A stretch of 51,046 bases of DNA from a virus. Taxonomy: Duplodnaviria > Caudoviricetes. The notes under the pieces were generated by a model. It had not been told where the DNA came from. It saw nothing but the letters and a program-made list of their open reading frames with translations, and ran no database searches. The stretch covers positions 1 through 51,046 of the IMG/VR virus record IMGVR_UViG_3300032261_000008. One strand, given 5' to 3'. The translations under genes and the position numbers were made by a program. Below are positions 1 to 7,175 of the stretch, piece after piece (the first letter of the stretch is position 1; every line of letters begins with the position of its first letter).

Positions 1-53
1 GAACCGTCGCCTCTCTTAAGGTACAAATAATTATTGAGCCATTGGGGCTCGCA
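1..53. repeat. 53-bp perfect inverted repeat, left copy (partner 950..1002)
   Basis: 1..53 is the exact reverse complement of 950..1002; identity stops at 54/949. Confidence 0.95.
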
Positions 54-67
54 TACAGGAGCATCAC
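36..67 (+). promoter_or_regulatory. Conserved early leader motif copy (GAGCC-ATTGG-GGCTC hairpin ... GAGCATCAC before ATG)
   Basis: Hairpin 36..50, GAGCATCAC 59..67, ATG 68; same motif at 1338..1371, 3740..3773 and 11628..11655. Confidence 0.85.
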
Positions 68-280
68 ATGACCAAGACCATACCGGGCGGCGAATTCGGT
101 GGAGCATGGGAAGCTCTTGCAGCGGCACGTCCTCGCCGTCGGTCTCGCTCGGTCTCGGAATGGGCGTTGTATACCACTTCTGAATTGATCTCTGATGTGG
201 AGTCTGATCAGCTTAGTGATATTCAGCGCGAAAGCATGCGTGCAGAGATCAGCCGGCGCTTAAATAAAAAGAGGGGATAA
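68..280 (+). CDS. Hypothetical early protein (70 aa)
   Basis: ORF starts directly after AGGAGCATCAC RBS motif. Confidence 0.75.
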   Translation: MTKTIPGGEFGGAWEALAAARPRRRSRSVSEWALYTTSELISDVESDQLSDIQRESMRAEISRRLNKKRG

Positions 281-287
281 GAGGATC

Positions 288-476
288 ATGAAAGCCAGAA
301 AACCGCACAGTCATCCCGCGCACCGCAATGTTGCGGACCAAGATAAAAGCGATGTGCCGCCGTTGCTGGAACGATCCTTCCTTTGTGGGGAGATCGAACT
401 GTACATGTACGAGGACCGCGTGCGCCGAGTGGACCAATGGCTCGAGCACGCGATCGCCCGCGCAAGGGAGGAATAA
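288..476 (+). CDS. Hypothetical protein (62 aa)
   Basis: GAGG RBS, follows 68..280 closely. Confidence 0.55.
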   Translation: MKARKPHSHPAHRNVADQDKSDVPPLLERSFLCGEIELYMYEDRVRRVDQWLEHAIARAREE

Positions 477-498
477 ACCCGCGCAAGGGAGGAATAAA
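457..498. repeat. Tandem 21-bp duplication CCCGCGCAAGGGAGGAATAAA x2 spanning the stop codon of 288..476
   Basis: Units 457..477 and 478..498 are identical. Confidence 0.95.
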
Positions 499-502
499 CA
501 AG

Positions 503-531
503 TTGGGGGTGCGGTACTACCGCACCCCCAA
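503..531. terminator. Perfect palindrome (14-bp arms, 1-nt centre); terminator-like hairpin
   Basis: TTGGGGGTGCGGTA-C-TACCGCACCCCCAA; no clear U-tract. Confidence 0.55.
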
Positions 532-567
532 GGCTTGGCTGGATGAGGTGACCAAGGAGGTGAAGTG

Positions 568-744
568 ATGAGTGACGTGAAAACGGTCTCAAATGACCAA
601 TTCGAAATGATCTGCCGTCTCACTGATCATGCGACAGCGCTTGAAGGCGCAGGCCGCAAAAGTGGGCTTTCGCTGAAAGACAAACTGGAGCTGAAGGCTT
701 TGGTCAAAGAGCTGCGGCGGGTTGCTAGTGAGATCGGCAAGTGA
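568..744 (+). CDS. Hypothetical protein (58 aa, MSDVKTVSND...VASEIGK; below ORF-track cutoff)
   Basis: Strong AAGGAGGTG RBS, open frame ATG568-TGA744. Confidence 0.7.
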   Translation: MSDVKTVSNDQFEMICRLTDHATALEGAGRKSGLSLKDKLELKALVKELRRVASEIGK

Positions 745-830
745 TCACTCCTAAAAGGCCCCAATGGCCCTTTCTACTGCCTCAAGCCCGGAAGCCGAAG
801 CGCCGGGCGTGAGAGCGATGCAGGGGACGC

Positions 831-949
831 TTATTTCGCCTCCTCCGCGATGTTGAGAAACTTGGCGAGAAGGGTCGCATTCTCGTAAGCAAGCTCTACG
901 GCATTCGGTTCAGTACCAAGCGTAAATTCATGAGCTACCGTGCGAGCCT
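831..949 (-). pseudogene. 5'-truncated gene fragment (...ARTVAHEFTLGTEPNAVELAYENATLLAKFLNIAEEAK*)
   Basis: Protein-like frame ending TAA 833..831; no ATG, and a TGA upstream inside the inverted repeat. Confidence 0.45.
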
Positions 950-1002
950 TGCGAGCCCCAATGGCTCAATAATTATTTGTACCTTAAGAGAGGCGACGGT
1001 TC
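950..1002. repeat. 53-bp perfect inverted repeat, right copy
   Basis: Reverse complement of 1..53. Confidence 0.95.
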
Positions 1003-1027
1003 AACCGTCGCCCCAAGTTATCCACAG
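953..1027 (-). promoter_or_regulatory. Early promoter module: DnaA box (1018..1026), -35 TTGAAC (1004..999), 17 bp, -10 TACAAA, leader hairpin 953..967
   Basis: TTATCCACA is a perfect DnaA box; canonical 17-bp spacing; the -35 lies inside palindrome 992..1012. Confidence 0.75.
992..1012 (-). terminator. Palindrome GGCGACGGTT-C-AACCGTCGCC; probable terminator of 1035..1337 overlapping the next -35
   Basis: 10-bp perfect arms just downstream of the stop at 1035, followed by TCTCTT on the minus strand. Confidence 0.55.
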
Positions 1028-1034
1028 CTATCCT

Positions 1035-1337
1035 TTACTCATCGTCGGAAACATGCCTCTGGACGATAGCTACCAGTGTACCCTGTGCATCTAAGGCGTC
1101 AATTTCTGCTCTCGCGGAACCGTCAGAGAACGAGGGATAGTCGCTAGGAACAGTGTAGACAAGATAGGCACTGTCGTCAGATGCAAGAGAGCAGCCTGGC
1201 CGGTATTCAGTGTAGTCGTAGCCGAACTCCTTATCCACGGTCCCATCAGTCTTACGCGCCGCGTGCACGGGATCGTCAGCGTCAAGATCAGACCAGATAT
1301 AACCGGACGCGTTATCAACCAAAATGTAGCGGGTCAT
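1035..1337 (-). CDS. Hypothetical early protein (100 aa, MTRYILVDNASGYIW...)
   Basis: Start moved to the ATG following the GAGCATCAC motif. Confidence 0.85.
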   Translation of the reverse strand: MTRYILVDNASGYIWSDLDADDPVHAARKTDGTVDKEFGYDYTEYRPGCSLASDDSAYLVYTVPSDYPSFSDGSARAEIDALDAQGTLVAIVQRHVSDDE

Positions 1338-1432
1338 GTGATGCTCTTTCGTTGGCGAGCCCCAGTGGCTCAATAACGATATGTAGCCACAGCCATGGCA
1401 TCGGTTCAATTGCTATCTCGAGTTATCCACAG
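1338..1432 (-). promoter_or_regulatory. Early promoter module: DnaA box 1423..1431, -35 TTGAAC (1409..1404), 17 bp, -10 CTACAT, hairpin 1357..1371, GAGCATCAC 1338..1346
   Basis: All elements read directly; matches the alphaproteobacterial sigma70 pattern TTGAC-N17-CTATAT. Confidence 0.85.
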
Positions 1433-1679
1433 TTTGATGCAGAATGCTCTCGATGATCAGCTGCAGATCGAGCGCGACCGTGCGTAGAGCTTTGCAGCGC
1501 TCGCTGTGCTCGTGAAGCGCCATCCTAACATCTCCGCCCTGATAGTCCCGGACTTGTGGCCAAACACCTGCAAGGGCTTTTATGGCTTCCTCACAGGATT
1601 TCTGCGCGATCTTGTAGTCTTGCAAAAGGTCCTCAGGGTGGGTCCCTGTTAGCCTATTGATCTGCGGATATTCCATCAT
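1413..1679 (-). CDS. Hypothetical protein (MMEYPQINRL...)
   Basis: GGGAGG RBS before ATG 1679; overlaps the upstream ORF end. Confidence 0.75.
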   Translation of the reverse strand: MMEYPQINRLTGTHPEDLLQDYKIAQKSCEEAIKALAGVWPQVRDYQGGDVRMALHEHSERCKALRTVALDLQLIIESILHQTVDNSR

Positions 1680-1887
1680 TTTCCTCCCGGTGATGCATGC
1701 GGGCATGCTCCATAAGCGTAAAAATATTCTCGAGTTCTACTCTCTTGCAGGCATCGGCTAGCCGCCAGCCTTGCGAGCAGTGATCACATTCGATGACCCA
1801 ATGAGGATGCCGTATATAAACGGAAAAGTCTCTCCTCAAGAGCGTCCGAGCTTGTTTCCTGCTATTGTCCGCTTTCATTCGTCCCAT
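1654..1887 (-). CDS. Small putative zinc-binding protein (CDHC...HARMH)
   Basis: CxxC plus HxxxH; AAAGGA RBS. Confidence 0.7.
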   Translation of the reverse strand: MGRMKADNSRKQARTLLRRDFSVYIRHPHWVIECDHCSQGWRLADACKRVELENIFTLMEHARMHHREENDGISADQ

Positions 1888-1903
1888 TGCGGTTCCTTTC
1901 CAA

Positions 1904-1923
1904 GATCCTGGTTAACCAGGATC
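1904..1923. promoter_or_regulatory. Perfect 20-bp palindrome GATCCTGGTTAACCAGGATC, possible operator
   Basis: Lies between a TACTAT -10-like hexamer and the RBS of 1654..1887. Confidence 0.45.
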
Positions 1924-1929
1924 ATAGTA

Positions 1930-1967
1930 ACAAGATAACGGGCGCCGGCGAAATATGCTGGCGCCCG
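1930..1967 (-). terminator. Intrinsic terminator after 1987..2358
   Basis: CGGGCGCCAGC-loop-GCCGGCGCCCG followed by TTATCTTG. Confidence 0.6.
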
Positions 1968-1986
1968 CCACCTCCCAGCCTATTGG

Positions 1987-2358
1987 TTATGGAACAGTGT
2001 TTGTGAAACCTACACCCACGCCCACACCAACATTCCTGGACGCGCCAGCCGCGACCGCCGCACCGTTACCGATGCTCGCTGCACCGGAAATGCTATTGCT
2101 TTGACCCGCCGAGGCACCGACTGCACTGGTCAATGAACCGGCCGGCGTAGTGGTAGCAATACCAGCACCCAACGACGTATTGGTGCCAGTAGCCAGTGAA
2201 CCTGCGGCAGCAGTTCCAGTTGATGCCGCCAGGTTCGCAGTGTTGACTTGACCAAAATTGGCCCCCGCACCGAACGATAGAGCTGATGCAGCATTAGCTG
2301 CGTCCCCCATTGCCAGGAGCAACGCACACGCCGAGACAACGTACCAGACTTTCTTCAT
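1987..2358 (-). CDS. Secreted Ala/Gly/Ser-rich low-complexity protein
   Basis: MKK + hydrophobic core + AxA signal peptide; repetitive G/A/S/N/T mature part. Confidence 0.85.
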   Translation of the reverse strand: MKKVWYVVSACALLLAMGDAANAASALSFGAGANFGQVNTANLAASTGTAAAGSLATGTNTSLGAGIATTTPAGSLTSAVGASAGQSNSISGAASIGNGAAVAAGASRNVGVGVGVGFTNTVP

Positions 2359-3322
2359 TCCGTTTTTCCTCTTCTGTTTTCGCCTTGGGTTGGACTTCAG
2401 GATGGATCATCTGCAGCCAAAGCGGCGTCTGCAGTGAGTCCGCCAATCTAGAGATCGAATGAGGCTCTACAGCCTTTTCAGTCTGCTTCTTGACGGGACT
2501 TGGTACCGGCAGGGGTACTGCCACCGACGATGGTCTAGTGATAGGCCCCGAAGCCACATGCGGAACTTGTTTTGGCTTCGAGGTTACGGCGTCGGCCCAG
2601 TGTCGGCATTTCTGGTGGCCTTCGTCGTAATTGGAACACGGGCGTTCTTTGCCCGTTGCGCCCTCGATCAACATAAGCGTTCCCGAAGGCAGAGATGCTG
2701 TTTGCACCGAGGCGTAGGTCGCAGGCAAAGCAGTTGGCGCATAAACCGGCGCCGGCCGAGGCATATACTGCCCGCACACTTCGGGCATCGAGTTATAAAC
2801 TTCCGTCGTCTGACATATCCGGGCCACAGCCGCCTTCTTGAGACCCATGGACCACAAAGTTCGACTGTCTAAACGCGCACTACAGTCTCGATCAGGGATC
2901 GAACCACCAAGTGTGATCCCAGTCCCGAGCCAAGACCCACCGCCGCTCACCGAACCAAGGCAGCTTTCGATCCCCGCGGCCGCGAGCCCCGGCGCAAAAA
3001 CCGACGGAACAGTCGAGACCGAGCTATGGCCAACGTTATCGATGGTGCTGGTGCTGGTCGTGGAAGCCGGACCCGGGTTGATGATGACAGCGCCGCCGAC
3101 AGCGGAGCCGCCCGTACCAACTCCAACACCTACGCCAGTCCCGCCTTTGCCGCCTTGACCGCCCTGACCCGAGATCGCCGTCGCCTGCGATGCAGAGATC
3201 GAGGTCGACTTAGCCGCACCGACACCTATCGCAGTGTTACTACCCTGCTGAGGCAAACCACCCGCAAGCGCAGGTGTAGCCGAGAGCGCCAAGAACGTGG
3301 CGCCCAGAAACAACGTTTTCAT
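2294..3322 (-). CDS. Secreted Gly-rich, Cys-containing protein (MKTLFLGATFLALSATPALA...)
   Basis: Signal peptide after GGGGAG RBS; ...CLGSVSGG...DRDCSARLDSRTLWSMGLKKAAVARIC core. Confidence 0.85.
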   Translation of the reverse strand: MKTLFLGATFLALSATPALAGGLPQQGSNTAIGVGAAKSTSISASQATAISGQGGQGGKGGTGVGVGVGTGGSAVGGAVIINPGPASTTSTSTIDNVGHSSVSTVPSVFAPGLAAAGIESCLGSVSGGGSWLGTGITLGGSIPDRDCSARLDSRTLWSMGLKKAAVARICQTTEVYNSMPEVCGQYMPRPAPVYAPTALPATYASVQTASLPSGTLMLIEGATGKERPCSNYDEGHQKCRHWADAVTSKPKQVPHVASGPITRPSSVAVPLPVPSPVKKQTEKAVEPHSISRLADSLQTPLWLQMIHPEVQPKAKTEEEKRNEESLVRCLGVCVAPGNGGRS

Positions 3323-3562
3323 GTGGAATGCTCCCCTATATGGAATACGATGTGATGCATTTGATCTGGGGCACCAGTTCACAGGAGATAAGACCGGTGC
3401 CCCAGAGGCGGGCGTTATTTCATGACCACGGACACCTCCCGCTGGTCCATGTCACAGAACCTCGACGCATATGCCTAGATCTCTGCGCCAAGCCCCCTGT
3501 GCCGGGGTAACAACACGTGCAGTGTTCACTTGTTTATGTCCGCATTGTGTCGATCGAGAACA

Positions 3563-3739
3563 TTATTTTACTTCGATGATGCGGATGGTATCGCCAATTC
3601 GGAGATCCCACCCCCGGATCACTTCTTGAGCAACTTCACTAACCTTGATGTCAAACCCCTCGTCAGCCTCGTCGAGGTTGACAGTGGCACTATCCAATTT
3701 GCCGCCGCGACCGCCGAGAATGATCTCAATTTTACACAT
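3563..3739 (-). CDS. Hypothetical early protein (58 aa, MCKIEIILGGRGG...IRIIEVK; not in ORF track)
   Basis: ATG directly follows the GAGAGCATCAC motif; open to TAA 3565..3563. Confidence 0.8.
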   Translation of the reverse strand: MCKIEIILGGRGGKLDSATVNLDEADEGFDIKVSEVAQEVIRGWDLRIGDTIRIIEVK

Positions 3740-3849
3740 GTGATGCTCTCTGTTTGGTGAGCCCCAGTGGCTCGTTCATGAGGTGGTGTCTTGTGCCATG
3801 CTCTAGGTTCAATGTCAACGTGACGTTGACCCTTTCCCTGTGGATAACT
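3740..3849 (-). promoter_or_regulatory. Early promoter module: DnaA box 3839..3847, -35 TTGACA (3818..3813), 17 bp, -10 CACAAG, hairpin 3759..3773, GAGCATCAC 3740..3748
   Basis: Perfect TTGACA; palindrome GTCAACGT-G-ACGTTGAC (3814..3830) overlaps the -35. Confidence 0.8.
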
Positions 3850-4045
3850 CGGCAGCGGTCCTTGCTTGCTCCCGCAGCTCTTTATCGACCACCATCCAAG
3901 CCTCTACGCCACCATCGGCGCAAACCTCGTCGGGATCGATCCCGCGTCGTGCGCATTCCTCCCGCGCCTCAGTCTCTCGTTCTTGTTCCGGGGTGATGTC
4001 GTGATACCCGATATCGATCAAATGGTCTCCAAACATGATGCCCAT
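3815..4045 (-). CDS. Hypothetical protein (76 aa)
   Basis: Follows the helicase with AAGGAGG RBS. Confidence 0.75.
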   Translation of the reverse strand: MGIMFGDHLIDIGYHDITPEQERETEAREECARRGIDPDEVCADGGVEAWMVVDKELREQARTAAELSTGKGSTSR

Positions 4046-4048
4046 GGC

Positions 4049-5542
4049 TCAGTCCTCCTTTGCTATCGGCCATCTCGCGTTTCTTCCCTTGCCCCGCACC
4101 CACGCGATATTGCGATGGGTGATCCAGTTTTTCGTATCCCTCGAGATCGCCGGCGCAGCCCGCACGTCCTTCATGGCGTTGGGCCATACCTCAAACCGCT
4201 CGCGATATACATTGGCAGCCCAGCCCGGCTTCCACCCCTTTAGCTGGGCATAGGCCAAAAGCTCGGCGTAGAACACGCGCCGATCAATACTCGCCCGCTC
4301 TTCCTTCTTCTTGCGCTCGATCTCTTTAAGCTCACCCGGTGTCGGCTCAATCGTGCAATGCGCCACAGTCACATGCTGACACATCGGGCATTTAGACATG
4401 CCGGGAGCTTTCAAAAAACCACAGGCGGGGCATTCCTTCGGCAGCCTGATGCGATCAGTTACGCTCGCAACGCGGTCGGTGTCCGCCAATAATTCAGTAT
4501 GGTTGACATCGATATCCGTCACAAAGCCGAGGTTCGAATGAGTGCTGGTATGATCGAGAACTAAAAGGAAGTCTTTGCCGGGAGCCGTCCGCAGGCCACG
4601 CCCCATGATCTGCACAAACAACATCTCGCTCTTAGTCGGCCGCGCCAGGATGATACACCTGACATCCCAGTCTATGCCCATTGTCAACGTACCAATATTC
4701 ACCACGACCTCGATCGAACCATCATGAAAGCCGCGCTTGATCTCGGCGCGACCGTTTGGTGTCGTGAATGCATCCTGATAAGCGGTTCTGACGCCACGCG
4801 CCTCAAATTGCTCGTGCAGCTTCTTCGCATGCGTGCGATCGACAGCAAAGCATAACGTCGACCGACCGCGACCCTGCTCGATCCATGTCTCGATGATATC
4901 CGCGACCAGCTTAACCTTGCTCATACGTCGTGACAGTTCGCCCTTTTCATAGTCGCCCTGCACCGTCCTGACCCCATCAAGATCCGGATGACTCGATGCA
5001 TAAACTTTGAAGTCGGATAGCAAGCCCTTGTCTATCAATTCCTGCGTCGTCGATGCTTTGATCAGCCGCTTGAAATATGTCCCTAACACTTTGTGCCAGG
5101 GCGTAGCCGATAAACCGATAACAGGCTTTTCCCACCATACCCCAGGTGTCTGCATCCACGTGCCATAGGCATCGGACCAACGATGCACCTCATCTATCAC
5201 CACGACGTCGGCCGGCGGCATCTCACGTCGCTGCAACGTCTGCACCGAGGCCACCTGTACCGGCATGCAGCCATCCGTCTGCCGATGGTTCTGCTGGATC
5301 ACCCCGATATCGCTGATGCCCTGCCCATTGAACATCTCGACCGTTTGATCGATCAAAGAGATCGCAGGAACGATGAAAAGGACTTTCTTGTCTTTCATGC
5401 GCGCCCTATTCACCAGTTCAGCCGACAATACCGTCTTGCCATAGCCTGTCGGCGCCTGCATCACGATATGCCTGTCCCCCTCACCAACCGCCGCCCGCAA
5501 ATTATTCAACGCCTCGGTTTGATCCTCCCGCAATGACCTCAT
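4049..5542 (-). CDS. Superfamily 2 DEAD/DEAH-type DNA helicase with C-terminal zinc ribbon (RadD/YejH-like)
   Basis: APTGYGKT Walker A, DEVH, SATP, QIMGRGLR, CPACG..CPMC. Confidence 0.95.
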   Translation of the reverse strand: MRSLREDQTEALNNLRAAVGEGDRHIVMQAPTGYGKTVLSAELVNRARMKDKKVLFIVPAISLIDQTVEMFNGQGISDIGVIQQNHRQTDGCMPVQVASVQTLQRREMPPADVVVIDEVHRWSDAYGTWMQTPGVWWEKPVIGLSATPWHKVLGTYFKRLIKASTTQELIDKGLLSDFKVYASSHPDLDGVRTVQGDYEKGELSRRMSKVKLVADIIETWIEQGRGRSTLCFAVDRTHAKKLHEQFEARGVRTAYQDAFTTPNGRAEIKRGFHDGSIEVVVNIGTLTMGIDWDVRCIILARPTKSEMLFVQIMGRGLRTAPGKDFLLVLDHTSTHSNLGFVTDIDVNHTELLADTDRVASVTDRIRLPKECPACGFLKAPGMSKCPMCQHVTVAHCTIEPTPGELKEIERKKKEERASIDRRVFYAELLAYAQLKGWKPGWAANVYRERFEVWPNAMKDVRAAPAISRDTKNWITHRNIAWVRGKGRNARWPIAKED

Positions 5543-5793
5543 TGGCAGCCCCCCTGAGCGGTTTTCCACTGCTCGAAGCTGTCCGGTAGCCCGGCAGGCA
5601 AATGATCGATGGTGGTGCCCTCTGCGCCCTTCTCACGCAGGCATCTGGCCAGGACATCTCTGTCCGACCGGACAAACGACACATTGCGCCACCGTTTGGA
5701 ACTTTCATGACGCTGCAGGATCCACTGAATACCGTCACTCGCCAGCGCCCAACCGTCCGCGACCGCAAATTGCTTATCCTCAGTCGACTTCAT
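5539..5793 (-). CDS. Hypothetical protein (MKSTEDKQFAVADGWALASDGIQWILQR...)
   Basis: 4-nt ATGA overlaps with both neighbours. Confidence 0.75.
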   Translation of the reverse strand: MKSTEDKQFAVADGWALASDGIQWILQRHESSKRWRNVSFVRSDRDVLARCLREKGAEGTTIDHLPAGLPDSFEQWKTAQGGCQ

Positions 5794-5990
5794 GCCTTCA
5801 CTCCCCATCGTTTGAACTTCACGATCAACGCAACATGCGTCTTGTCGCAACAAAACCGTTTCGCAATGACGCGGTGAGCAATACCGGCCGCCGCCATCAT
5901 CCTGATCTCGATCACGTCAAGCCACGTCAGGCGGGCATGGGGGTTATTCTCGCCGGATCGATGTCCGTTTGCCGGCCAAACCTTGCTCAT
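5790..5990 (-). CDS. Small HTH DNA-binding protein resembling the C-terminal domain of phage HNH endonucleases
   Basis: GENNPHARLT..DVIEIR...IAKRF...V..IVK...W pattern; no HNH core. Confidence 0.7.
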   Translation of the reverse strand: MSKVWPANGHRSGENNPHARLTWLDVIEIRMMAAAGIAHRVIAKRFCCDKTHVALIVKFKRWGVKA

Positions 5991-6304
5991 TGCGCACCCC
6001 CATTCCCAACACGGGGCAAAACCTCATCAGGCTGATCGATGTCGCCCCATGTGGTCTGAGCAACCCGGCCAACTTCCTCCGGTATCGCCCCAACTATCCA
6101 GCCCAGCCCAGCCTCCCTGATCCACGCCAACGCCGTATTGCTCCCGATCAGGCCATTCCTGAGCGCTACCCCAATAGTCGTCATGTCTGCATCCCACGTT
6201 TTTGCCCTGAGGCTGGCGGCCCGAAGCGCGGTCAGCAAAAATTCGCGGTGAATGTCTTCCTGTGCGTCGCTCATGGTTCTGTTTCCCGTCCGTCGTTTCG
6301 TCAT
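5987..6304 (-). CDS. Hypothetical protein (105 aa)
   Basis: GGAGGAGCATCAC upstream; ATGA overlap downstream. Confidence 0.75.
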   Translation of the reverse strand: MTKRRTGNRTMSDAQEDIHREFLLTALRAASLRAKTWDADMTTIGVALRNGLIGSNTALAWIREAGLGWIVGAIPEEVGRVAQTTWGDIDQPDEVLPRVGNGGAQ

Positions 6305-6325
6305 GCTGTGATGCTCCTCCCTGTA

Positions 6326-6652
6326 TTATCGGCAGGGCTCGCCTGACATCTCCGCTAGCACGTCCATCACCACGTCGCGGCCCTTGATGATCGGCGGTTT
6401 TGACGGTGCTAGTGATGGATTGCGGGAGATGTCGTATGGCGTCGGTTTGTACAGGTCCTTAACCTTTGGCGGCTTCTTGCGCTGCTGTTGCTGCAGCCAT
6501 TGCCGTTCTGCTTTGCGCGCCTTCGCTTCGAGCGTATCCCGTGCTTCGTTGTAGACCATGCGTCCGGTACGCTTGATCACCGTGCCATGCTCCAACCTCT
6601 CCTCCCTTGCTTTGAATTTTCGCGCCCGTCCCCAGTTCATTTTTCCGGTCAC
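6326..6652 (-). CDS. Basic hypothetical protein (108 aa)
   Basis: GTG start with AGGAG RBS; first gene after the long non-coding region. Confidence 0.7.
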   Translation of the reverse strand: MTGKMNWGRARKFKAREERLEHGTVIKRTGRMVYNEARDTLEAKARKAERQWLQQQQRKKPPKVKDLYKPTPYDISRNPSLAPSKPPIIKGRDVVMDVLAEMSGEPCR

Positions 6653-6674
6653 CGTGTTGCTCCTGTTTCCTGAA

Positions 6675-7088
6675 TTTTAGACATACTGCCCCATTTCTTT
6701 CCTGAGATAGCCTAGTAGGCTTGTCTCTCGTCCGGTCCCCGGACGGCGGGCGCGCTGCCCGGCGGAAAGGTCTTTCTCAGGTGGTTCGCCAGCCGTAAAC
6801 GGGTCAAACCGGGCAAGCCCAATAGCCTGCATTCCCTCTGGCAAGGGTATTACGACCGAAACCGGCTTCTATGGGGCGGGACATCCGTGCGACACCCAAC
6901 AGCTCGGTTTCAGACCGACCACTGGGCAGGACAAACGATCCCGTCCAGAGGTTTTTTGGAAACCACCGGTGGAACCTGCTTGCAATTTGTGGGGGGTGTG
7001 TTAAGTAAGAGACACAACGACCGCAATTCCAAACATTTCGGTAGTTTCAGAGAGGGCCAGCGCTGACAACGTCTGGCCCTTTCGCTTT
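6675..7088 (-). ncRNA. Putative long structured RNA / replication-primer-like leader
   Basis: No credible ORF; many hairpins (6704..6727, 6729..6745, 6834..6847, 6904..6918, 6929..6946); upstream TTGCAT-N17-CTTACT promoter. Confidence 0.5.
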
Positions 7089-7089
7089 T
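7010..7089 (+). ncRNA. Putative ~80-nt antisense (countertranscript) RNA
   Basis: TTGCAA (6980) ... TAAGT (7002) promoter-like site, then hairpin AGGGCCAG/CTGGCCCT (7053..7080) + TTCGCTTTT. Confidence 0.5.
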
Positions 7090-7090
7090 G

Positions 7091-7120
7091 TAGTAAGCCT
7101 CAATTCAAACCGTCATGCAA
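7091..7120 (-). promoter_or_regulatory. Putative sigma70 promoter driving the structured RNA and helicase operon
   Basis: TTGCAT (7120..7115), 17 bp, CTTACT. Confidence 0.45.
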
Positions 7121-7175
7121 GTGTTAAAAATATCACACTGGAAGATGATACCGCATCGGCCGTGGGTATTGTAAT

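Noticed and set aside
1-1012. Protelomerase-type hairpin telomere at the window start
   Set aside because: The palindrome is only 21 bp and no protelomerase/tyrosine-recombinase gene is visible
6661-7000. Group I/II intron or known riboswitch in the structured region
   Set aside because: Not interrupting a gene, and no group II domain V, group I core or recognisable aptamer seen by eye; an Rfam search is needed to exclude this
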